Below, piece by piece: positions 1 to 9,907 of a stretch of DNA of 64,000 nt. The translations under genes and the position numbers were made by a program. The notes under the pieces are model-generated. The model saw nothing but the letters and a program-made list of their open reading frames with translations, searched no databases and was not told the DNA's origin. Each line of letters opens with the position of its first letter. Position 1 is the stretch's first letter. This stretch comes from an uncultured virus (IMG/VR IMGVR_UViG_3300042545_002012). Its lineage: Duplodnaviria; Heunggongvirae; Uroviricota; Caudoviricetes. Where the stretch lies: IMG/VR virus record IMGVR_UViG_3300042545_002012; one strand, written 5' to 3'.

Positions 1-93
1 AATAGTTCGCCAGTCAGATCCGCTTTGACTAGCTCCAGCATTAAGCATGAAGCTAGTATTAGTGATTCCCTTTAGATCAGGTATTAAGCTCAT
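1..93 (-). CDS. 5' part of a putative structural/fibre protein, truncated by the window edge
   Basis: ATG at 93; MSLIPDLKGITNTSFMLNAGASQSGSDWRTI resembles the N-terminal region of 98..775 (DLKGTT...GADW). Confidence 0.55.
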   Translation of the reverse strand, partial: MSLIPDLKGITNTSFMLNAGASQSGSDWRTI

Positions 94-97
94 TTAA

Positions 98-775
98 TTA
101 TGATGGCACAGAGTAATACACCAAGACTCTAGCAGCTCCAGCACTAGCGCCACCTGCTGCGTAAGTAGCGATCAAAGCTTCACTAGCCGCCGCCTCTCCA
201 GGATTCGTTTCGTAAACATCTTTAGCGATGCCTTGCAAGACGTTTTGAGACGAACCCATATATTTAGAGGTAGTGCCAGCAATCCCCACGGTTACGTTAG
301 CAGTGCCATTAAAAGGCGTATCAATAACGATTTGGATTTTATGGATTACGGCATTAGCTGGAGTCGTAAACAGTGTTAATGGTGAAGACGTACCAAAAGC
401 TAGCGAAGTGGTATCAACCGCCATTTTGTCGGCAGATCCGCCCACCCCAGCCCATGTTAAATTACCACTGCCATCCGTCTGCAAATACTCAGATGGAGAT
501 CCGTCAGTTGTAGGCAGTGTCAGCGTGTAGCCAGCCGCCATACCAGTTGCAGGACGATTGATTGTAATAGACCAATCCGCGCCTGTATTAGCAGCGTCAG
601 CGTTGATAATCAGACCAGTGTTGCCAGTTGTTTCAAATTGGCTTGCTTGAACCTTTACGTCGGCATTATCAGCAGCATTACGAGCAGCAATCCCACCCGT
701 AATATTTTTCCAAGCATTTACGCCTACGCGAAAAATGCTTTCTGTCGTACCTTTTAGATCTTTAAACAGCCCCAT
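98..775 (-). CDS. Putative virion structural protein (fibre/decoration-like)
   Basis: Gly/Thr/Ala-rich; fibre-type motif YTLTLPTTDG...LQTDGSGNLTW; downstream of the capsid gene in the same direction. Confidence 0.6.
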   Translation of the reverse strand: MGLFKDLKGTTESIFRVGVNAWKNITGGIAARNAADNADVKVQASQFETTGNTGLIINADAANTGADWSITINRPATGMAAGYTLTLPTTDGSPSEYLQTDGSGNLTWAGVGGSADKMAVDTTSLAFGTSSPLTLFTTPANAVIHKIQIVIDTPFNGTANVTVGIAGTTSKYMGSSQNVLQGIAKDVYETNPGEAAASEALIATYAAGGASAGAARVLVYYSVPS

Positions 776-784
776 TTCTTTTTC

Positions 785-1186
785 CTATTCGTAATAAACA
801 ATAACAACGCCTGATCCTTGAGTAGCGCCCATACCAGTATTAAGAGTTAGCAAAATATCGGTATTTGACGCATATTTATAAAACGGGGTCGTTGCGTAAA
901 CATCCGTAGAAAGCGGATTATTTTGTCCTGTAGTCATTAATCTCTGAGTGTTGCCACTATCACCTACAGAAATAGTAGAAACGACATTAAAGGCAACATC
1001 AAAAACAATTTCAACCTGAGTAATCCGTTGCCCTGCCGTCAATGCATAGATCGTCTGTGTAGTCACATCGCCATAACTAAAATTTATGGATTTTTGCTTA
1101 GCTGATACGCCAGTGTTATTAATCTGGATTGGTGCAGATTTAATAATTCGTGTTGGCGAGTTAAGGACTTTAACTATTTGCGTCAT
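785..1186 (-). CDS. Putative structural protein, paralogous to the C-terminal domain of 98..775
   Basis: ITQVEIVFDVAFN..ISVGDSG aligns by eye with IHKIQIVIDTPFN..VTVGIAG. Confidence 0.55.
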   Translation of the reverse strand: MTQIVKVLNSPTRIIKSAPIQINNTGVSAKQKSINFSYGDVTTQTIYALTAGQRITQVEIVFDVAFNVVSTISVGDSGNTQRLMTTGQNNPLSTDVYATTPFYKYASNTDILLTLNTGMGATQGSGVVIVYYE

Positions 1187-1551
1187 GGCATTGGTACAGG
1201 ATTAACGACGTAAGGGGAGATCTCTATAAAATATTCTGGCGATCCTCCAGCTATTAACTGCAAAAAACAATGTCCAGTCCATCGACCTGCGGGGGCCATG
1301 GCACTTGTCTGAATTGCGCTAAATTCAAATTCCGCTAATCCGTTAGAGTACTTTGTAACAGTAGGGGCAATACTAATAGACGATTTTGCGTTTGGCGCGA
1401 TCGCAAAAAAGATATCGTACAGCAATAAATCAGCACCAACAAAAGTCGCCTGAGTACCCACACCAAAAGATAGCGATGCTTTCCAAGGGAAACCAATAAC
1501 TATCGGATTGTCCGCAAAATTTTCAATTGGTACTTCAAGAGCGCAACTCAT
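1183..1551 (-). CDS. Hypothetical beta-rich structural protein
   Basis: ORF overlapping 785..1186 by 4 nt within the capsid operon. Confidence 0.5.
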   Translation of the reverse strand: MSCALEVPIENFADNPIVIGFPWKASLSFGVGTQATFVGADLLLYDIFFAIAPNAKSSISIAPTVTKYSNGLAEFEFSAIQTSAMAPAGRWTGHCFLQLIAGGSPEYFIEISPYVVNPVPMP

Positions 1552-1594
1552 TTTTATTAAAATAGGCGACCTTGCGATCGCCTATTCCGTTTAG

Positions 1595-1783
1595 TTATTC
1601 AGTATCTACAGGTGTAGATTTTTTAGCTTTTGACTTTGGTGCGATCGCTTCTGGTTCTTCCTTAACAATCGGATTTAGATCGGGTGGCGCTGTTAGCCAT
1701 CCGTCTGCAATCCAGCCCTCAACATCATGGTGATGGATTCGTTTTAATCCCCCTGTTTTGGGGTGATAAAGATTGATCTTCAT
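1595..1783 (-). CDS. Small hypothetical protein with a Lys/Pro-rich tail
   Basis: 62-aa ORF in the capsid operon, followed by a hairpin at 1562-1586. Confidence 0.55.
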   Translation of the reverse strand: MKINLYHPKTGGLKRIHHHDVEGWIADGWLTAPPDLNPIVKEEPEAIAPKSKAKKSTPVDTE

Positions 1784-1786
1784 AAA

Positions 1787-2242
1787 TTAGCGACCAGATG
1801 GAACGAGGTAAGCGCCAAAAACGAGGTTTCCTGCTGTGCTGAGTTTAGTTGCGACAATTCTTAAAAACCTTGCATTAGCAAAAGTTTTATTGATTTGTTC
1901 ACCACTCAAGAATACCTCTTGACTATTGAGAGCCGCGCCAGCCGCTACGGTGGGGGCAATAGAGGCAACTTGCCTATAAGTACCGCCAACAGTGTCGCAA
2001 ACCTCAAGAGATAGAGTCCAATGAACAGTACCAGCCGCATAGCTAGAGTAAGCAGCCTGATTAATGATCACCTTTACCGATTCTTCAGCAGTAAAAGGAT
2101 ATTCAATGGGAGTGCCATTAGTAGTTGCACTAGCAGCCGCCGCTGTGTAATCGCGTAGGGTTGTTAACGCATCGATCTGCGATTTGTTAGTAGAGTTATT
2201 AGCTCTAGGGAGAGTAGATTTAAAAGCGCTTGAGTAAACCAT
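1787..2242 (-). CDS. Capsid-associated (decoration/cement-like) protein
   Basis: Directly after the major capsid gene; beta-sandwich-like sequence; ATG at 2242 (MVYSSAF) preferred over the ORF-track start. Confidence 0.55.
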   Translation of the reverse strand: MVYSSAFKSTLPRANNSTNKSQIDALTTLRDYTAAAASATTNGTPIEYPFTAEESVKVIINQAAYSSYAAGTVHWTLSLEVCDTVGGTYRQVASIAPTVAAGAALNSQEVFLSGEQINKTFANARFLRIVATKLSTAGNLVFGAYLVPSGR

Positions 2243-2311
2243 AATTTTCTCTTTAATTGGGTTGAAAGCATTGCAAAATATCAATCCTGTAGATTCACAG
2301 GATTGATATTT

Positions 2312-3265
2312 TTAAGCGACAAAAGCAGCGTCCTTTACACCAGCAAGGCGAACAAAGGAACGAGGGTTATAAGTTGCGAAATTGTTCAACCAATCCATGC
2401 GAATCAGTCTTTTAGTTTCTGTCTGCATCTCTCCCATATCGCGCACGTCAATACCGCCTGTTTGAATACCTGTAAGGTCTTCAGGAGAAAATGCAACGAT
2501 GTAGATTGAAGAGGTTACAGCCCCGCCGCCGCCGCTTCCAACTTCGGTAAAACCAAGAATTTGATCGCCCTCTGCGTCTTCTTCAATAGGAAACCAAGGG
2601 ACCCCCATAAATGTAGGGGCTTCAACGCCGATGTCATTCTTGGTTTGGACAACGTAACCCGAAATTGTGGGATTACTGATTGCATCTTGGTAGCGCAAAT
2701 ACAAATCAAGATTGGAGTAGATACGCAATTGGGCACGAGGGTTGACAGCGCGAACTCTAGAACGAGCGCGGCGTAAAGCGCTAAGTGATAATGCATCACC
2801 ACCCGAAGTGCTACCAGCTTGAACTAGTTGAGTACCACCAGCACGAGTCTTCAACCCAGAAAATTCTTTAGGGTTAATAGCGTGATCACCATTAAAGAAA
2901 TCGCCATGCCATTTAAGTTGTAATGACTTGAGGGCCATCGAGATTTGAGTGGTCAAGACGTTTTCGCCATACAGCTTCAAGCCAGCCGTATCGATCTTGA
3001 TTTCGCCACCAGCAATGACGACTTTCTCGATCCGTCGTTCAACTTCACCAATATCGGCTGTAAAACCTTCGTTGATTGCACGGTTAGCCATTAAGGGGAG
3101 TCGCTTCTCTTGCAGCCACTCAACGACACCGCCTGCTCTTTCTTCAAACGCAATAACGTCAAGGATCGGAGAATTACCCGCATACTGCTCGACAATACCA
3201 GCCTTGAGAACGTCTCCCGTCTCACGGGCTTGCTTTGCCATTTCTAATAGTGTTAAAGCTGCCAT
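2312..3265 (-). CDS. Major capsid protein (HK97 fold)
   Basis: 317 aa; MAALTLLEMAK start, RAINEGF, FFNGD..NPKEFSGL, SSIYIVAF and RLAGV motifs typical of this capsid family. Confidence 0.88.
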   Translation of the reverse strand: MAALTLLEMAKQARETGDVLKAGIVEQYAGNSPILDVIAFEERAGGVVEWLQEKRLPLMANRAINEGFTADIGEVERRIEKVVIAGGEIKIDTAGLKLYGENVLTTQISMALKSLQLKWHGDFFNGDHAINPKEFSGLKTRAGGTQLVQAGSTSGGDALSLSALRRARSRVRAVNPRAQLRIYSNLDLYLRYQDAISNPTISGYVVQTKNDIGVEAPTFMGVPWFPIEEDAEGDQILGFTEVGSGGGGAVTSSIYIVAFSPEDLTGIQTGGIDVRDMGEMQTETKRLIRMDWLNNFATYNPRSFVRLAGVKDAAFVA

Positions 3266-3303
3266 ATTTATGATTCCTAACTTTGAGTGCTTTGCTGTGT
3301 AGC

Positions 3304-3385
3304 GGGGGCATCACGCTCAAAGGTAGAAATCACTTCTAATCTTTTCCGCAATCTTTTATTAATTAGGGCATCACGCCCCATTAAC
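3304..3385 (-). promoter_or_regulatory. Capsid 5' leader with three GUGAU-loop hairpins
   Basis: Minus strand reads gggc-GTGAT-gccc, tagaa-GTGAT-ttcta and gagc-GTGAT-gccc. Confidence 0.55.
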
Positions 3386-3430
3386 TCAGATTAAGCTGAT
3401 AATATCATATTAATAATTAATGTTGCAAAA

Positions 3431-5062
3431 ATGACAACAGAAACTTTAATCACGTTACAGCCAAATCAATTGCCAGAAGCGATCGCTAAAGGCTATCGAG
3501 GCGGTAACATACTTGGCGACGATAACAACCCAACATTAAAGAGCATTGCTTATCAAAGACAGCAAGCTAATGTCAGGCGTTGCATAGATTTCTACGAGGG
3601 GCAAAGCGCTTGGATCTATGGCGAAAACCTCGATCAGATTATCGATGATTTGGCTGAGGAATATTTACCACTCATGCCAAGCGAAACACCGAAAGAGTGG
3701 TATTTCAGATTAAGGCGATCGCTATTTGTTAATTTCTTTAAACCAGCCGTCAAAATTGTATCTAGTCTGCTTAGTAAATGGGTACTTAGTGGCAATGTAC
3801 CTGAGTCGGTTATCAATGCCTCTAAAAACTTTGATAAGCGCGGCACATCGATCAGAGCGTTCTTTCTCGAAGCCGATCGCATGGCTGTTAGAGATGGCTT
3901 TGTAGGGGTGCTTACCCTTTATCCTAATTTTGGCGAAATCCCTAATCGTGCAGTTGAACAACAATTAGATTTGCGTCCTTACTCAGTGCTAATTCCTAGA
4001 TTAGATATTGATATCAAGGATTACGAATACACCAATGACGGCTCTGTACTGCTTAAGCACGTCACGATTGATCGGAGTGAGGTAATTAGCGAAACCCGTT
4101 ACAAGCAATCAATGAAAAATTATTGCTGGGAATACGAGCTAATCAAAGTGCAAGAAAAAGATCGTATTTATTATGCTGTGATGCGATCGGTAACTTGCAT
4201 TGAAACTAATGACAAAGGCGAAAAGGAATATCGAGTAGAAGAAGCGCCTAGACCATTGCTAGATACCAATGGCTTGCCATTGAGTCAAATCCCCTTTGTG
4301 CTTTACTCAGTAACCAGTGCTAACCCTTGGGATACGATACCCCCGTTACTTGATTTACAGCAAAAGAATCATGTTCATTACCAAGTGTGTAGTGATTGGC
4401 TTGCGACAGTTCGTAAGATGAATCCTACTGCTGTACGTGAGCATATTGATTTTATTCCAGAGAAACTCAGTCCTTTGTCTACAGGCGGCGCTGCTGTCAT
4501 TGAGACAGTGATAACCCAGATCGGGGCTGCTAAGGTTTACTATTTGCAAGCTGACGCAAATAGTGTTGCGCCTATGATTCAAGCGCTAGATAGATTAGAG
4601 GCATTGATTAAACAGACTGTTTTCAATTTCTTGGGTGAGTCTTTTGTTCAACAATCTGCTACTGAGGTAAGTATCAAAGCAGGGCAAAACGAAGCAGGCT
4701 TACAAGAGTATGAGGTTAACAAAGAGTCATGCTCTCAACAAATCTTTTGCCATTGGGCAATGTGGGAAGGTGAAGACGTAACCGAGGATCACGGTACAAT
4801 TGACGTAGATTTGAGCTTTATTCTTGCCCCTGCTGATGTGAACTTGATTCGCACTATCTTCGAGGTAATTAATAAAGGCTTAACTGAAGAAGCTGCTACT
4901 GAGATTTTGCATAGGGTTAACTTCTTACCAAAGGATCAGAAGATTGTGGCGATCGCGCCGCCTGTTGAGATGGTTGCTGCTAATCAAAGCCAATCGGTAG
5001 AGACTGATGATGAAGATGACAGCGAAAATGATGAAGAAGAGGAATCGGAGTCGGAATCATGA
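3431..5062 (+). CDS. Portal protein (DUF4055-like)
   Basis: 543 aa; YLP..P.E...Y..RL, IPFV, PPLLDL...N..HYQ..SD and SATE motifs; acidic tail. Confidence 0.85.
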   Translation: MTTETLITLQPNQLPEAIAKGYRGGNILGDDNNPTLKSIAYQRQQANVRRCIDFYEGQSAWIYGENLDQIIDDLAEEYLPLMPSETPKEWYFRLRRSLFVNFFKPAVKIVSSLLSKWVLSGNVPESVINASKNFDKRGTSIRAFFLEADRMAVRDGFVGVLTLYPNFGEIPNRAVEQQLDLRPYSVLIPRLDIDIKDYEYTNDGSVLLKHVTIDRSEVISETRYKQSMKNYCWEYELIKVQEKDRIYYAVMRSVTCIETNDKGEKEYRVEEAPRPLLDTNGLPLSQIPFVLYSVTSANPWDTIPPLLDLQQKNHVHYQVCSDWLATVRKMNPTAVREHIDFIPEKLSPLSTGGAAVIETVITQIGAAKVYYLQADANSVAPMIQALDRLEALIKQTVFNFLGESFVQQSATEVSIKAGQNEAGLQEYEVNKESCSQQIFCHWAMWEGEDVTEDHGTIDVDLSFILAPADVNLIRTIFEVINKGLTEEAATEILHRVNFLPKDQKIVAIAPPVEMVAANQSQSVETDDEDDSENDEEEESESES

Positions 5063-5427
5063 GTACATGGACAAACAACGATCGCGATCGCATCGTGAAA
5101 TACCTCAATCTCACACGCGATTATTACACTCTAATTGAAAGCACTCTCACAACCTATGAGGACACATACGGAGCGAGTGCTATAACTGAGGTACAATCAA
5201 AGCTTGACGGACTTGACACATACAAGACTACTATCGATGGTCAAATGACCGATGGCAGTCTTGGGGTAACCAGTCAATCTGTCCCATCGTTCTACAGTAT
5301 TACAAAACAAAGTGGCTCCGATCTTAGAGCTACAATGGCTTTATACAATGGCGATCGGCAATGGCTTATCGACAATTTGCAACTACAGAATTATGCGAGT
5401 CTATCAGGAAAACATACTAGAGCTTAA
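5059..5427 (+). CDS. Putative head-tail adaptor / head completion protein
   Basis: Coupled to the portal stop; size and helical character; call rests on position. Confidence 0.45.
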   Translation: MSTWTNNDRDRIVKYLNLTRDYYTLIESTLTTYEDTYGASAITEVQSKLDGLDTYKTTIDGQMTDGSLGVTSQSVPSFYSITKQSGSDLRATMALYNGDRQWLIDNLQLQNYASLSGKHTRA

Positions 5428-5429
5428 AT

Positions 5430-6176
5430 ATGCGATTTAAATTTAGAAACTATTTCTACCAGAATGAAGAAAGCGGTGCTGACTCTACCGATGGTGTTAG
5501 CAGTGGCGCTACGGAAGAGGTAAAACAGCCAGAATCAGAAGAAAACGAAACAGTCAAAGTCACACTCAAAAAACTGAGATTGCAAGCTGATGCAGCAGAG
5601 AAAAGAGCTAAGCAGCTTGAGGCTCAACTTAGGGAAAGGGAACGTTTAGACGAAGAAGAACGAGCCAAGCGGACGGGTGATTTTGAGTCATTAAAGGAGC
5701 GTCTGTTAACGGAAACAGCAGCCAAAGAAGCAGCAGCCAAGAAACGTGAAGAGGAGGCACTGCAAAGGCTAGAAGAAAAAGACGCTAAGTTTAAAGAGCA
5801 ATTCATCAAAAAAGAAATTAAAGCCGCTTTTGCTCAGGTTTTTAAATCTGAATTTCTTGATGACTTCACCAATAACCCTGCATACGCTAAGCAGTTGGAA
5901 GCAGTGGAAAACGAAGACGGCGATCTTGAGGTGATTGTTGTAGAGTCAGTCAAAGATCGCACTCAGCGCTTTAAGGTTGTGGATAAAAAAACTGTACCAT
6001 TCACTATTGAAGATTGGGCTAACGAGATTGCAGCTAAGAAACCATCAGCAGCAAAGCCACTTAATCGCGCTAGTGGTGATAACATTCCTAATGGCAGTGG
6101 CAAGCGTCAAACGAGTGACTTTAACCGCACAGCCGATCCGATGGACCTAGTGAAGAGAGGGTTAGGACTTAGCTAA
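5430..6176 (+). CDS. Capsid scaffolding protein
   Basis: Acidic N-terminus, long coiled coil, Gly-rich C-terminal linker. Confidence 0.7.
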   Translation: MRFKFRNYFYQNEESGADSTDGVSSGATEEVKQPESEENETVKVTLKKLRLQADAAEKRAKQLEAQLRERERLDEEERAKRTGDFESLKERLLTETAAKEAAAKKREEEALQRLEEKDAKFKEQFIKKEIKAAFAQVFKSEFLDDFTNNPAYAKQLEAVENEDGDLEVIVVESVKDRTQRFKVVDKKTVPFTIEDWANEIAAKKPSAAKPLNRASGDNIPNGSGKRQTSDFNRTADPMDLVKRGLGLS

Positions 6177-6179
6177 TTA

Positions 6180-6404
6180 ATGGAAATCTACCAAATTAGT
6201 GGATGCTCGGACGCTTTAAAGATTTGGGTGCAAAATCTTTTTACTGAAAATGACATTGATTATCACTTAAATAAAATGTCTGACGGATGGTGTTTCGACA
6301 TTGAGCAAACAAAAAAGTGTATCTGGAAAACAACCTTTCTTGAACGACTTGCTGTTTCTAATTTAGATGATTCAGACAAACAATTCTTGTTAGGTGTTAA
6401 TTAG
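6180..6404 (+). CDS. Hypothetical protein
   Basis: ORF 3 nt after the scaffold stop, followed by a terminator. Confidence 0.5.
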   Translation: MEIYQISGCSDALKIWVQNLFTENDIDYHLNKMSDGWCFDIEQTKKCIWKTTFLERLAVSNLDDSDKQFLLGVN

Positions 6405-6417
6405 CTAACTCAACCAA

Positions 6418-6448
6418 CAAAAAGCGCTGTAGTGATATGGCGCTTTTT
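6418..6448. terminator. Intrinsic terminator (bidirectional type)
   Basis: aaaaagcgctgta-gtga-tatggcgcttttt. Confidence 0.6.
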
Positions 6449-6475
6449 AAGTAACAAATTTAATGGGTAACAATC

Positions 6476-6826
6476 ATGGATGATATACAGAACGAAGCTT
6501 TTGATCTTATCCAATCTCACAGACAGGAATTAAAAGTAAGGCTTGATGAGTTGGTGCAAAAATATCGCAAATATCCTGATGGCTTTGAATTTCTATTTAG
6601 AGGGGAAGACGACAAACCAGAAAAATGTAAAATTATCGACGCTTATATATTTTATGTTTATGATGCCAATGGACTACCAGACTCGCAAAGTATTGCAGTT
6701 TGGTATAGATGCTATTGTCCTAGTTGGTGCTTAGAAGATGGTGTTTATGTACCAATATCAGACAAGCTTTTAGATAGAGCTATCGAAAAATACGGGTTAC
6801 ATGGCCCTACTACTGCCAAAGCTTGA
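6476..6826 (+). CDS. Hypothetical protein
   Basis: 116-aa ATG ORF convergent with terL. Confidence 0.55.
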   Translation: MDDIQNEAFDLIQSHRQELKVRLDELVQKYRKYPDGFEFLFRGEDDKPEKCKIIDAYIFYVYDANGLPDSQSIAVWYRCYCPSWCLEDGVYVPISDKLLDRAIEKYGLHGPTTAKA

Positions 6827-8245
6827 TTGACGATTGATAGGTAGCAACCTATAAGCAGCATATCCCGCAGCCTCTGGTAAGTGGTCTAAGTCGTTTTTCT
6901 TTTCTGGTTTGCCATCATCGCCTAATGGCTGCTGTTCTAAGCATCTCGTTAAGTTTGGGCATTGCTTTACATTTACAAATAGATGAGTTTCTCCTAATCC
7001 ATTCATAAAGCCAGTATTCATAGCATTAACACGATCCTTAACGGCTGGATTTGTCGTACCCCTAATTATTTGAAAGCCAGCCTGACTAAACAAACTTAGA
7101 TCTGTCTGCGATGCTGATGTATGCCTTTGATTACCCGATACATCAGGATATAAAAATTTACTGTGATTAGGGTATTTTTCGTTAATTGATTCGATTGTAT
7201 GTGAGCTATCCTGCATACCAAAAAACTCATCAACAGCATGATAATTTTGTCCTCTTTGGACATATACAACACTTGCCATTTTGCCAACATTAAAATCTTG
7301 ACCTATATACAATCTTTCGTTAGGCTGCACTGTTTCACCAGAGTTATTGCGATGGCGATCAAAAGTATGGTAAGCCGTTCTAGTTGATAGGTTTACAAAT
7401 TGACCATGAACATATGCATCAATTAGGTTAGGCGGATAATTCTCGTATAGCGATCGGATATAGTCATCAGTCGTGAATGGATTCTCAAGAGTGCTGAGAT
7501 TTATTAATTTACGATCGGTTTTATTTGCTACTTCAGGACTGCCAAAAAAATCATATGCAAAGTTAAAGCCTTCAGGTGTAGTAGTGCAAAATATTTGATT
7601 GCAATGTCCTACCCGCACCCGTCCGACTAATTTCTTCCAACTGAGATCTAATATTTTGCGCTGTACTGTATCAATCTCATCTACACCTGCAAAGCAATAA
7701 TTACCCCCAACAATGCGCCGCCAATTCTCAAAACTATTCAGGTAAATTACCGCGCGACCATGTGGAAAATCAATCGTATATTTGCGGGGAGCGGATGCTC
7801 TGAGTGTATATTTAAGCCCTGATGCATCAAGAATCTCATCTAGTTCTGGTACTAAGAGCTTCTCGATCATCTCATCTACAGGCTCGTACAAAGCCAATGC
7901 ACAGCCCTTTTTGGTTGGTATCGCATTGATATACGCATGAAGCAAACCTTTTCTCGCGAGAAGGTAAGTTTTGCCTCCACCGTAACCACTAACTACGCCA
8001 ACATAAGGTTTATCAAGCGTCTTGAATGCTATCGCTTGTTTTGGCAGCAAGGATATCTTCAAGATTTCGGGAGGCGGCAGGAATAATGGTTGGTTGGATT
8101 TCTGCAACTCCTGCCATGACGGAATCAAATGGGATTGCGTCTCCGCTTGTTTCTGTGCTATACGCTGCTCTACCCTCTCCCAATCGCGCTCTATCTTCAT
8201 CTGAAGCGCTGGTAAGTGTTCTAGGATCGGTGAGTAGGAAACCAA
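6797..8245 (-). CDS. terL: Terminase large subunit (start uncertain)
   Basis: Walker A SGYGGGKT, Walker B AGVDEID, TTTPEG, RNase H-like GQDFN and DH..EA.GY. Confidence 0.93.
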   Translation of the reverse strand: MVSYSPILEHLPALQMKIERDWERVEQRIAQKQAETQSHLIPSWQELQKSNQPLFLPPPEILKISLLPKQAIAFKTLDKPYVGVVSGYGGGKTYLLARKGLLHAYINAIPTKKGCALALYEPVDEMIEKLLVPELDEILDASGLKYTLRASAPRKYTIDFPHGRAVIYLNSFENWRRIVGGNYCFAGVDEIDTVQRKILDLSWKKLVGRVRVGHCNQIFCTTTPEGFNFAYDFFGSPEVANKTDRKLINLSTLENPFTTDDYIRSLYENYPPNLIDAYVHGQFVNLSTRTAYHTFDRHRNNSGETVQPNERLYIGQDFNVGKMASVVYVQRGQNYHAVDEFFGMQDSSHTIESINEKYPNHSKFLYPDVSGNQRHTSASQTDLSLFSQAGFQIIRGTTNPAVKDRVNAMNTGFMNGLGETHLFVNVKQCPNLTRCLEQQPLGDDGKPEKKNDLDHLPEAAGYAAYRLLPINRQSSFGSSRAM

Positions 8246-8696
8246 GTCTTCTAGCCTCGTTTAAAATCTTTTCAGGTGTCCAGCTATCCATATCAAGCGA
8301 TGTGCGCCCTATCTTTTGGATTGTTGCCAAGGAGTTAGTAAGCGATCCTATGTCTTTTGGATCTATCAGTGTATCTGTATTGATAGATCGGCTTAAATGC
8401 CCTGTTATCTGTCTACGTAAGCCCCTCGCAACTATCAGGATATCAGCATCAAATTTAGTTTGCTCACTGGCTAGGCTTGTTATTTTCTGGCTTTGCGCTT
8501 CTTCAGAGACACGCCTCAGAAACATTTTGCTTTGCTCTACCCATTTATCTTTAGCGCATTTTTGCTGAATATAGCCAAATTTTACACCATACTTTTTTGC
8601 TAAGTCCTCCAAAGACGGGCGCAAATCATCACTAGGAGCCTCTATATATTCCTTACTGATTTTGTCCCATTCATATTTGGGCTTTGTACCTGCCAT
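8013..8696 (-). CDS. terS: Terminase small subunit
   Basis: N-terminal W..I..EY...SLEDLAKKYGV HTH...KDKW; directly upstream of terL. Confidence 0.7.
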   Translation of the reverse strand: MAGTKPKYEWDKISKEYIEAPSDDLRPSLEDLAKKYGVKFGYIQQKCAKDKWVEQSKMFLRRVSEEAQSQKITSLASEQTKFDADILIVARGLRRQITGHLSRSINTDTLIDPKDIGSLTNSLATIQKIGRTSLDMDSWTPEKILNEARRLGFLLTDPRTLTSASDEDRARLGEGRAAYSTETSGDAIPFDSVMAGVAEIQPTIIPAASRNLEDILAAKTSDSIQDA

Positions 8697-8758
8697 TTAT
8701 ATTTCTTCGATCTATCTTCGATTCATCTTCGATAATCTCATTGTAACCGTTGCACGCA

Positions 8759-9028
8759 TTAAATCTTATTCAAAAGTGAGAACGGAATAGTTGTAATTTT
8801 ATCTTCTCCTTCTGGTTGCACCCATGCCATAACAGGCGTAGGATTCAACACATTCATATAGCCTACAACTTCAAGATAGATAACGGCTGTGAGTTTATGC
8901 TGATATTTGTTGCCTGTGTACTTAACATCATTGGATTTAGATGGAGTATAAGGAGTCTTAGAATTAGCAGTGTAAGCCAATCTTGCTTTATCTGCTTTTG
9001 CTTGTTCGTGTGGTCTAAGTGTTTGCAT
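8759..9028 (-). CDS. Hypothetical protein
   Basis: 89-aa ATG ORF co-oriented with the terminase genes. Confidence 0.5.
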   Translation of the reverse strand: MQTLRPHEQAKADKARLAYTANSKTPYTPSKSNDVKYTGNKYQHKLTAVIYLEVVGYMNVLNPTPVMAWVQPEGEDKITTIPFSLLNKI

Positions 9029-9070
9029 TGTGTTTGTTTACGATAAAAATACGATAAAAGTATTGTAATC

Positions 9071-9907
9071 TTATTTCTTGGTAAATACCATCCCATATTC
9101 GTTAGGTTTATCAGGTATTTCAATATTTTGCTTTAGGATTAATTTGTTGCTTTTAAAAGAAGAGTAATCCACCTCATGTTGCCATCTACCCCATTTTTGG
9201 ACAATTTTTGTCACATCAGGATGTTGATCTTTCAGGCTTTTAGCCATCAAATAACGCCCATCGGTTTTACCGTCAAGTTTGTATAACTCTTCTGTGTTTC
9301 CGCCTTTGACTGTCATTGTCGCAATTTTATCAGCCAGAAAAGCACAAAAAAGAATCGTACACCATCCGTCTTTTAATGCCCTTAAAGACAAATCTGTATC
9401 TTCATTGTACCGACCTCTCCATCTGTAGGGTATTTGGTTGTTAATCAGTATGCAACTATATATACGAGTATTTAAAATTAATGGGTTACATTTCTTTTTT
9501 CTTGGAACAAACATTTCATACTGAAAACCAGAAATAGCTACATTTTTATACCTCTCACATAAATCTTCAGCTGCATAAAATATAGTGCCATCAGCAACCC
9601 TGTATTTTATATTTTTGTTTAACCTATAAAAATCTCTAATATTGTCATCTAATATCCAATGCCTTTTATAACCTCTAGAGATAGAATCATCCCATACCCA
9701 ATTCCTAGCAGGGATCGATCCTTGCCCTAAATTGCTAAATGGTAATACTTTTATTTTTTCAGGATTAATCACAGAAGCATATTGATCGTATTCCTGCGGT
9801 TCAATGACAATATGATATGGAATATTTTTCTGCTCCAAGGCTTTACTTGTATGCCTTGATTCGTGGCGACCTTTAGAAATAATATATACAGGATATCTAG
9901 GATTCAT
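9071..9907 (-). CDS. GT-A-fold glycosyltransferase-like protein (TET-associated GT / GREB1-like family)
   Basis: YPVYIISKGR, ARNWVWD, HWILDDNI (DxD-like), YSCILI, YNEDTDLSLR and GGNT motifs. Confidence 0.8.
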   Translation of the reverse strand: MNPRYPVYIISKGRHESRHTSKALEQKNIPYHIVIEPQEYDQYASVINPEKIKVLPFSNLGQGSIPARNWVWDDSISRGYKRHWILDDNIRDFYRLNKNIKYRVADGTIFYAAEDLCERYKNVAISGFQYEMFVPRKKKCNPLILNTRIYSCILINNQIPYRWRGRYNEDTDLSLRALKDGWCTILFCAFLADKIATMTVKGGNTEELYKLDGKTDGRYLMAKSLKDQHPDVTKIVQKWGRWQHEVDYSSFKSNKLILKQNIEIPDKPNEYGMVFTKK

